A DNA stretch of 64,000 bases, taken from positions 638,978-702,977 of the forward strand of contig JBFLYH010000002.1 in the NCBI GenBank assembly GCA_040756875.1, in the 5' to 3' direction. The notes under the pieces are model-generated. The model did no database searches. It was given only the letters and a program-made list of their open reading frames with translations, and was not told the DNA's origin. A program made the translations under genes and the position numbers. This DNA comes from a candidate division FCPU426 bacterium (GTDB lineage: Bacteria > Oederibacteriota > JAAXVQ01 > JAUVAV01). The stretch's first letter is position 1. The number at the start of each line of letters is the position of its first letter. Shown piece by piece: positions 58,250-64,000 of the stretch.

Positions 58250-58580
58250 AGCCGAGCGTCAACAGGTACTCCATGATGGTTTCCCGCTGATCCGAGGACA
58301 AATCCATAAACTCCACGCCCGCCAACGAAAACGCCTTCTTGCTCTCCACCCAGCGCACGCGCCCTTCCAGGGAAAGCGATTTGCGGGTGTTGGGCAGCGT
58401 GAAGCTGAGCTGCAGCAGGCCGTTTTTAGCCAGCGGGATGTTGGTCTCCAGCAGGAGGCCGTCGGGCGTGATGTTCTTCACCACGCCCTGAAATTCGCCG
58501 GTCATCTCGCCTTCCGGCAGGCTCAGGTTCTCCAGCACGAAAAACACGGGTACGCGCGGTATGCGTCTGCGGTCGTCCAT
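58239..58580 (-). CDS. PilZ domain protein
   Basis: RRRIPR and NITPDG motifs, GRVRW, GVEF. Confidence 0.85.
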   Translation of the reverse strand: MDDRRRIPRVPVFFVLENLSLPEGEMTGEFQGVVKNITPDGLLLETNIPLAKNGLLQLSFTLPNTRKSLSLEGRVRWVESKKAFSLAGVEFMDLSSDQRETIMEYLLTLGFTL

Positions 58581-58593
58581 GCGGTTCGCTCCT

Positions 58594-58998
58594 TCAGCGC
58601 AGGGGTTGCAGATGCTTAAGCAGGTCTTCGGGGCCAAACGGCTTCCACAGGCAATCGTCGGCTCCGGCTTCAAGGCACTGGGCGGCCGCTTCCTGGTGTT
58701 CCCGGTCGGCCACCACCACCAGGGACCGGTAGCGGCCGGCGCATTGCTCCCGGCAGGAGCGCACAAACACGCGATCAGCGCCCGGACAGGCGGCGAACAC
58801 TATGTCCAGCGGATCGGACGAGCGCCGTAAAACTTCCACAGCTTCCCCGAGGTTGCGGCAGCGGCTGAAGTCCAGCCCTGCCCGCGGAACCTGGCCGGCG
58901 CGGGCCCACGTCTTGGCCAGCATGTAATAACCGACCAGTATCGTCTGTTTCAGCAGGTTGGCGAGGTCTTCGTCCTCGTCAATAATAAGGATCGTCAT
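58594..58998 (-). CDS. Atypical response-regulator receiver protein
   Basis: ILIIDED and GADDCLWKPF; expected phospho-Asp position reads DIVFAA. Confidence 0.7.
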   Translation of the reverse strand: MTILIIDEDEDLANLLKQTILVGYYMLAKTWARAGQVPRAGLDFSRCRNLGEAVEVLRRSSDPLDIVFAACPGADRVFVRSCREQCAGRYRSLVVVADREHQEAAAQCLEAGADDCLWKPFGPEDLLKHLQPLR

Positions 58999-59009
58999 GC
59001 CTGGCAGCC

Positions 59010-59324
59010 CTACCCGCGCCGGGCTTTGGGGGCCGGGGTGGAAACGGCCGGAGAAACGGCTGCCGCGGGTTTGGCCGCCTGTTTGGCCGCCAGCTTGGCC
59101 GCGCGCTTGGCCGCTTCCTTTTTTTTCGAGTCGCGCAGCACCATGGCCAGTACGCCCAGGGGTCCGAAGACCAGCCCGATCAAACCCCAGATAAAATGAT
59201 TCCGTTCCTTAAAATCCGCCAGCGCAATGTTGACCACCGCGGACACGGCCCACAGGCCGAATATCAACAGCCAAAACTGCGCGGCCGCTTCAGGCGTGCC
59301 GAAGATGGGGATTTGGGATTCCAT
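59010..59324 (-). CDS. Small membrane protein
   Basis: Two hydrophobic segments (W..IGLVFGPLG) and an Ala/Lys-rich tail. Confidence 0.7.
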   Translation of the reverse strand: MESQIPIFGTPEAAAQFWLLIFGLWAVSAVVNIALADFKERNHFIWGLIGLVFGPLGVLAMVLRDSKKKEAAKRAAKLAAKQAAKPAAAVSPAVSTPAPKARRG

Positions 59325-59338
59325 GATTCTTCACCTCG

Positions 59339-59929
59339 TCAGGGAATTTCACCGCTGGATTGCTCGAGATTGGGCGGCGCCGGCGGCGTGGGCACGGGCT
59401 CGGGTGTCTGGCTCGCCGGGGCGAATTCCGGATTGATACGCTGGAACATTGCGGGCGGATTGCATTCCGGGCAGGGCTGGTAGCCTTTCTGCGCGGCAAC
59501 CCGCGCGGAGGGAAACATCACACGCTCCTCCGCCGGGAGATCCTGGAGCACGGTGCACCAGTCATAATGATATACCTTGCTGTTCCGCTGGCCCACGTAC
59601 GTTTGTTCGCGCTTGAGCGGCAGCGAGAGCTTTTTACCCGTCTGGTCGATTTGGGACGGCTGGTTGCTCGGGGTGATGCATTTCTCGCAGGGATAAAAGC
59701 CCCTGGACTCGGCTTCCTGTTCGGCGTTGAAAATGCGGAGATATTTGGGCTTGATTTGGTCCTTCGCCGGGCAGGTGTCGCTGTGGTAAAGGTGCGATTC
59801 CTTGTCCGCATATATTTTCGCCTGGGCTGAAAGCGGCGACCAGGCCGCGAACAATCCCGCCAAGCTGAAGAGCCAGGCGGTCCGGATCAGGGCGGTCAAG
59901 GCCAGGGGAGGACGGGTCATGGATGTCAT
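59339..59929 (-). CDS. Exported protein with two Ada-type metal-binding domains
   Basis: Signal peptide; two repeats of YH...C...F....A...G(F/Y).PC..C. Confidence 0.8.
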   Translation of the reverse strand: MTSMTRPPLALTALIRTAWLFSLAGLFAAWSPLSAQAKIYADKESHLYHSDTCPAKDQIKPKYLRIFNAEQEAESRGFYPCEKCITPSNQPSQIDQTGKKLSLPLKREQTYVGQRNSKVYHYDWCTVLQDLPAEERVMFPSARVAAQKGYQPCPECNPPAMFQRINPEFAPASQTPEPVPTPPAPPNLEQSSGEIP

Positions 59930-59985
59930 TGTAGCAATTTTTGGGCGGGTTCAGCAAGCACCTTGTGTTTCATGGAGGGACAGGG

Positions 59986-60333
59986 TCAATAACTCATGGA
60001 AGTGTTGATGAACGCCTGGAGACGCTCCCGGTCTTCCACACCGACGCGGCTGAACAGCACGCCGTGGGCGAAGACTCTGGCGCCCCCCTCCTGCACCGGA
60101 CGCGACCACAGCACGTCGGCGCGCACATGGGCCAGATCGCGGGAGCGAGGCAGGATGATATCGAACTCCAGGGAAGCGGCGATGGGCAGGGACGACGGGC
60201 TGATGAGGGAAGCCCCTTCTTCGCTGATATTGCTCAGGTAGCCTGCCACGGGCTGGGAGGCCTCGTTCACGTAGCAATTGACCGGAATATCCACTTCCAC
60301 GCGGGCATACCGGCGGAAATTTAAAACCGCCAT
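59986..60333 (-). CDS. PilZ domain protein
   Basis: RRYAR and NISEEG motifs. Confidence 0.85.
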   Translation of the reverse strand: MAVLNFRRYARVEVDIPVNCYVNEASQPVAGYLSNISEEGASLISPSSLPIAASLEFDIILPRSRDLAHVRADVLWSRPVQEGGARVFAHGVLFSRVGVEDRERLQAFINTSMSY

Positions 60334-60394
60334 TTTATCCTCCTTTTGGGGCTTCTTTTTAAGTTTATCATTCCCGCGGGACCGATGCCAGCCG

Positions 60395-60425
60395 AAAATA
60401 AAAAGGGCGGCCTCGCAGCCGCCCT
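60395..60425 (-). terminator. Rho-independent terminator after fabH
   Basis: AGGGCGGC/GCCGCCCT stem with a U-rich tail on the minus strand. Confidence 0.8.
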
Positions 60426-60441
60426 GTGGAAAAACCGGGAA

Positions 60442-61428
60442 TTACAGCCGTACCAAACACGACCCCCACGTAAATCCTCCGCCAAAGGCCACCAAGAGGC
60501 ACAGGGAGCCCGGCCCCACCCGCTTTTCGCGCCGGGCCTCGCATAAGGCCACGGCCGTGGTCGCGGCCGACGTGTTGCCGTAGCGCTCGATGTTTAAAAA
60601 CACCTTTTCCATGGGCAGATTGGAAAGACGGGCTGCGGCCTGGATGATCCGCATGTTGGCCTGGTGGGGGATCAGAAGGTCCACATCCTCGATGGCCAGC
60701 CCTGCGCGCTCCAGGACCTTCTGGTTTGCCATAGCCATGGCCCGGCCGGCGAATTTAAAGACTTCGTTGCCCTTCATCTTCATGTAATGCAACCGGCCGT
60801 CCACGGTTTCGTGGCTGGCCGGCAGGCGCGATCCGCCGGCCGGAAGCTCCAACAGGTCCCCTTTGCTGCCGTCGGCGCCCAGATACGTGGCCAGAATGCC
60901 CCGGGGCGCTTCCACCGGCCTCAGCACGGCCGCGCCGGCCGCGTCCCCGAACAGCACCGCAGTGTTGCGGTCCTGCCAGTCCGTGATCCGGCTCAACACC
61001 TCGGTGGCGATGACCAGAATGGTTTGATACTGGCCGGAACGGATGAAGGCCTGGGCCAGGTTAAGGGCGGTGATGAATCCGGTGCAGGCCGCTTCCACGT
61101 CGAAACAGGCCGCTTGCCCGGCGCCCAGCTCGCGCTGAATGAAGCAGGCCGTGGAGGGCCAGGGCACGTCCCCGGAAATGGTGGCTGTGATGATCAAGTC
61201 CACGTCCGCAGGCGTAAGGCCCGCGTCGGCCAGGGCCTCCCTCGCGGCACGGGCTCCCATGCTGGAAGCCGTCTCCTCGGGCGCGGCAATCCGGCGTTCC
61301 TTGATGCCTACGCGCGTGGTGATCCATTCGTCGTTGGTGTCGACCATTTTTTCAAGATCGTGGTTGGTCAGCACCTTGGAAGGCAGATACATGCCGGTGC
61401 CCACGATGCCGGCGTTGGGCATGGTCAT
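60442..61428 (-). CDS. fabH: 3-oxoacyl-ACP synthase III
   Basis: AACTGF, LFGDAAGA, PHQAN, YGNTS, AFGGGFTWG. Confidence 0.96.
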   Translation of the reverse strand: MTMPNAGIVGTGMYLPSKVLTNHDLEKMVDTNDEWITTRVGIKERRIAAPEETASSMGARAAREALADAGLTPADVDLIITATISGDVPWPSTACFIQRELGAGQAACFDVEAACTGFITALNLAQAFIRSGQYQTILVIATEVLSRITDWQDRNTAVLFGDAAGAAVLRPVEAPRGILATYLGADGSKGDLLELPAGGSRLPASHETVDGRLHYMKMKGNEVFKFAGRAMAMANQKVLERAGLAIEDVDLLIPHQANMRIIQAAARLSNLPMEKVFLNIERYGNTSAATTAVALCEARREKRVGPGSLCLLVAFGGGFTWGSCLVRL

Positions 61429-61979
61429 AACAGCGTCGCTCCTTGCGTTTGTCCGGCCTGCCCCAGAACCTGCAGGTAGGCCGCATAGGCGGAGTCGAAA
61501 AAATCGCGCCCCGCATCATAATCCGGATAGGTCCACGGCCAGGCCGCAAAGCGGCGCTGGCGGATGCGCAACGTCACTTCCGCGTAAACGCCGTCCCGCA
61601 GATAGAGCCGGTGTTCGTGATTCTTGGTGCTCGCCAGCACCAGTTTTCCGGGCGCCAGATACCCGGGATCCAAATTGAGGCGGCGTCCGCCCCGCTCGTT
61701 CGTTCCGGCCTCTCGCTCCAGGGCGTTGGCGGCCAGCTTCCAATCCGCCAGTTCCTCGGCCGGGCGCAACTTTTCGAAAACCAGGAATTGGCGCCACAGT
61801 TGTTCGCCCATTTCAGCCGCGTAGTAGTGCGTGTGCGTGAAAGAAACCGGCAGCGAGGCCGCGGCCATGGGCCCGAAATATCCGGCGAGCAGCGCTTGAG
61901 CCTTATCCAGCCATTCCTGATCCGCGGCCAGCACGCCCGCGATCGGCCGGACGTTGGACACTGGCTGGAGATTCCCCAT
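61425..61979 (-). CDS. DUF4416 family protein
   Basis: YY..EMG, RRLNLDPGY, LASTK..HRLYL, WTYPDY. Confidence 0.82.
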   Translation of the reverse strand: MGNLQPVSNVRPIAGVLAADQEWLDKAQALLAGYFGPMAAASLPVSFTHTHYYAAEMGEQLWRQFLVFEKLRPAEELADWKLAANALEREAGTNERGGRRLNLDPGYLAPGKLVLASTKNHEHRLYLRDGVYAEVTLRIRQRRFAAWPWTYPDYDAGRDFFDSAYAAYLQVLGQAGQTQGATLL

Positions 61980-62096
61980 GCGGCTTCTCCTTGACCTGAG
62001 CGAATGCAGCCTGCCGGCGGGACAAAAACAGGAAGTGATCATATACCAGCGCTGTAAACAGCGTCAACGGGAAAGTGCCGGATGTTGAAACCCAGT

Positions 62097-62138
62097 AAAA
62101 ATCAAAACCGGCGCGCCCCCTAGAGCGACGCGCCGGTT
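62097..62138 (-). terminator. Rho-independent terminator after the Spy-like gene
   Basis: AACCGGCGCG/CGCGCCGGTT stem followed by a T-rich tail on the minus strand. Confidence 0.7.
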
Positions 62139-62182
62139 CCCGCGAGGTGAAAAGGCCCTCTGCCGAGGGAAAAACCGTTTAT

Positions 62183-62707
62183 TTAAGGCCGGTCTTTGCC
62201 GGAGTGCTGGCCGTGGCCCCCCATCATGCCCGGTTTGCCCATGCCCTGGCCGTGCATGCCCTCGCCCATGCCCGGACACCCGGGACGCAGCCGCATGGTA
62301 TCCAGGATTTTCTGTTGCTCCGGAGTGAGCAGGCCGCGCAGGAACAGCACGGACTGCGCCCGGGCGGCGATCATCTGGCCGTGCAATTCGCCGATCCGGC
62401 GCGCCAATTTTTCGATTTGGGCTTTGTTCGGTTTGGAGTTGTCGAGTTCGTTCTCCAGATCCAACTGCAGATTCTCCATCTCGGCGCGCCAGGAAATCAT
62501 CTGGCGCCGGTTCGCGAGCTTGTCTTTTTTCAAAGCCGCGATCTGGTCCTGGGTCAGGTTAAGCGCCTCCATGAGCGGCGGCCCGGCCTCCTCGACCGCT
62601 TCCGGCCCGGGTCCTTCCGGCATTTCCGCCCGCGCAGGCAGCGACCATCCGGCCAGCACGGTAAGCAGCAGCGCTGCAATGCTCCACTTCTTCATTCCAT
62701 TCCACAT
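62183..62707 (-). CDS. Spy/CpxP family periplasmic chaperone
   Basis: Signal peptide, LNLTQDQ and LTPEQ motifs, Met/His/Gly-rich tail. Confidence 0.85.
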   Translation of the reverse strand: MWNGMKKWSIAALLLTVLAGWSLPARAEMPEGPGPEAVEEAGPPLMEALNLTQDQIAALKKDKLANRRQMISWRAEMENLQLDLENELDNSKPNKAQIEKLARRIGELHGQMIAARAQSVLFLRGLLTPEQQKILDTMRLRPGCPGMGEGMHGQGMGKPGMMGGHGQHSGKDRP

Positions 62708-62723
62708 GACAGCCTCCTTGAGT

Positions 62724-63179
62724 TCAATTATTGATCCACTGGGCGAGCTCGGTCGGAATGCCCCACGTGGGTTCCTCGCTCTCGCTCGTGGTTGCCGTGC
62801 CCCAGAGGGACAGGGCGTTCAAATCTTCGCCATACGCTTGCATGACTTCCGACGTGCTCAGGGGCTCGGGGCCGCGGGTCCAGGGGACAACCAGGACGGC
62901 CGCGAGGACGGCCGCGCCGGCGGCCACGGGCAGCCACCACCCCAGCCGGGCCGGGGAAGCCGGCCGGTCCAGCCGGGCCAGCACCCGGGTCGTCAGATCG
63001 ACCGGACGTTCATCCTCCAGCGCGGAAGACAAGGCCCGTTCCGCCGTCCGCATCCGTTCCAGCTCGCCGCGGCAGGCGGCGCAATCCGCCACATGCGCTT
63101 GCACCTGGCGTTGTTCCGGGCCGGACAGCACTCCAAGGCTCATGCCGGCCAGCCGTTTCCGTGCGGATTCGCATTTCAT
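62724..63179 (-). CDS. Zinc-finger (zf-HC2) anti-sigma factor
   Basis: HVADCAAC and a single transmembrane helix. Confidence 0.88.
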   Translation of the reverse strand: MKCESARKRLAGMSLGVLSGPEQRQVQAHVADCAACRGELERMRTAERALSSALEDERPVDLTTRVLARLDRPASPARLGWWLPVAAGAAVLAAVLVVPWTRGPEPLSTSEVMQAYGEDLNALSLWGTATTSESEEPTWGIPTELAQWINN

Positions 63180-63862
63180 GCCGCCTCACCTCCCAACAAG
63201 TGGTACTGGCGCTGAAAGTATTCAAGTCCGCGGCTGAGCCGGGACTTCACCGTGCCCAGGGGGAGCCCCAAGGCCCGGGCCAGGTCTTTCAGGCTGAGAT
63301 CCGCCTCGTACCGGAGGGCCAGGCATTCCCGGTACGGGTCCGGCACCAGGCTGAGCGCCCGCCAGACCAGTTGCCGCCGTTCGGCCCTCAGCAGCGCCTG
63401 CTCTCCGTCCGGCTCCTGCACGCCCTCGGGCAAGTCGTCGCCTTGCGGCCATTCCCGCCGGCGCCGCAGACGCTCCCGCCCCAGGTTGACGGCTACGGTG
63501 AAAAGCCACGGCGCCAAAGGCCGCCGGGCGTCGTAATGGCGCCGCTTTTCATAAACCCTCACCAGCGCTTCCTGGGCGAAATCCTCGGCCTCGGCCTGCA
63601 GGCCGAACATCCGCAGGCCCAGCCTGATCAGGCGCCCCTGATACGCCTGGATCACCCGGCGAAAGGCCTCGGTATCTCCGTCCCGGAACTGCCCTGCCCA
63701 GGCTGCTTCGTCCTGGGCACCTCCGGACGCTTGCCGGGTGGCCTCCTGGTCCGAAACGGCGGCCAGGGGGAGTTCCTGTGGCGGCAATCCGCGTTCCCCT
63801 TTGTCCACAGCCAAAGACCCGGGTCCTGGGCGATGGCGGGGGTCTGTATCAGGACGGTCCAT
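63176..63862 (-). CDS. ECF sigma factor
   Basis: AEDFAQE, WLFTVAVN, GTVKSRLSRG; GGGAGG RBS. Confidence 0.92.
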   Translation of the reverse strand: MDRPDTDPRHRPGPGSLAVDKGERGLPPQELPLAAVSDQEATRQASGGAQDEAAWAGQFRDGDTEAFRRVIQAYQGRLIRLGLRMFGLQAEAEDFAQEALVRVYEKRRHYDARRPLAPWLFTVAVNLGRERLRRRREWPQGDDLPEGVQEPDGEQALLRAERRQLVWRALSLVPDPYRECLALRYEADLSLKDLARALGLPLGTVKSRLSRGLEYFQRQYHLLGGEAA

Positions 63863-63883
63863 AGGTCCTCCCTTCATATAACA

Positions 63884-63910
63884 GTATGCAAAAAGGCGTG
63901 TGCAGGTTCC
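63884..63910 (-). promoter_or_regulatory. Possible ECF-type autoregulatory promoter
   Basis: GGAACC-15 nt-GCATAC upstream of the ECF sigma gene. Confidence 0.4.
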
Positions 63911-63916
63911 CCGACC

Positions 63917-64000
63917 GGACAAATATATTTGCGCCTTTGGCGCCATGGGACTTCCGTTGGTCGCCCCAACAGGACAAATATATTTGCGCCTTTGGCGCCA
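63917..64000. repeat. 29 bp exact direct repeat, 55 bp period, cut by the window edge
   Basis: GGACAAATATATTTGCGCCTTTGGCGCCA at 63917-63945 and 63972-64000. Confidence 0.85.

Noticed and set aside
63917-64000. Formal CRISPR array call
   Set aside because: Only two repeats, no cas genes in the window and a structured spacer; kept as a repeat finding.

Overview
A 64 kb window from a GC-rich diderm bacterium. PorV-like barrels, PT-rich linkers and STAS/PP2C modules suggest an uncultured FCPU426/Firestonebacteria-like lineage, but this is inference only. Almost all genes are on the minus strand. Housekeeping content: lysA (partial), folC, accD, trpCFBA, the tmk-holB-ricT-metG-TatD/radical SAM cluster, fhs, a split B12-dependent methionine synthase, dcd, pepA, rsmA-pdxA, pfkA, comEC, an 11-subunit complex I (nuoABCDHIJKLMN, no nuoEFG), polyprenyl synthase, LOG, folD, fabH and an ECF sigma/anti-sigma/Spy module. 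Notable features: (1) two related ~125 bp non-coding IS200/IS605-like elements in inverted orientation, with a 41/44-identical core and covarying end hairpins, which are candidate orphan TnpB guide (reRNA/omega) RNAs; (2) two envelope signalling modules (STAS + HAMP-PP2C, linked to a PorV-TPR barrel or a beta-propeller lipoprotein), in one of which the phosphatase appears to need a non-canonical ATT start; (3) an atypical class III nucleotide cyclase downstream of comEC; (4) a DUF1848 gene split at a T-TTT-TTC slippery site; (5) strong AT-rich dips at about 23-26 kb and 29-30 kb that run through core genes; (6) a small lipoprotein, a REP palindrome and a hairpin-bridged RBS inside the nuo operon; (7) a 29 bp direct repeat cut off by the right edge. 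All product calls come from motif recognition, and no database searches were run.
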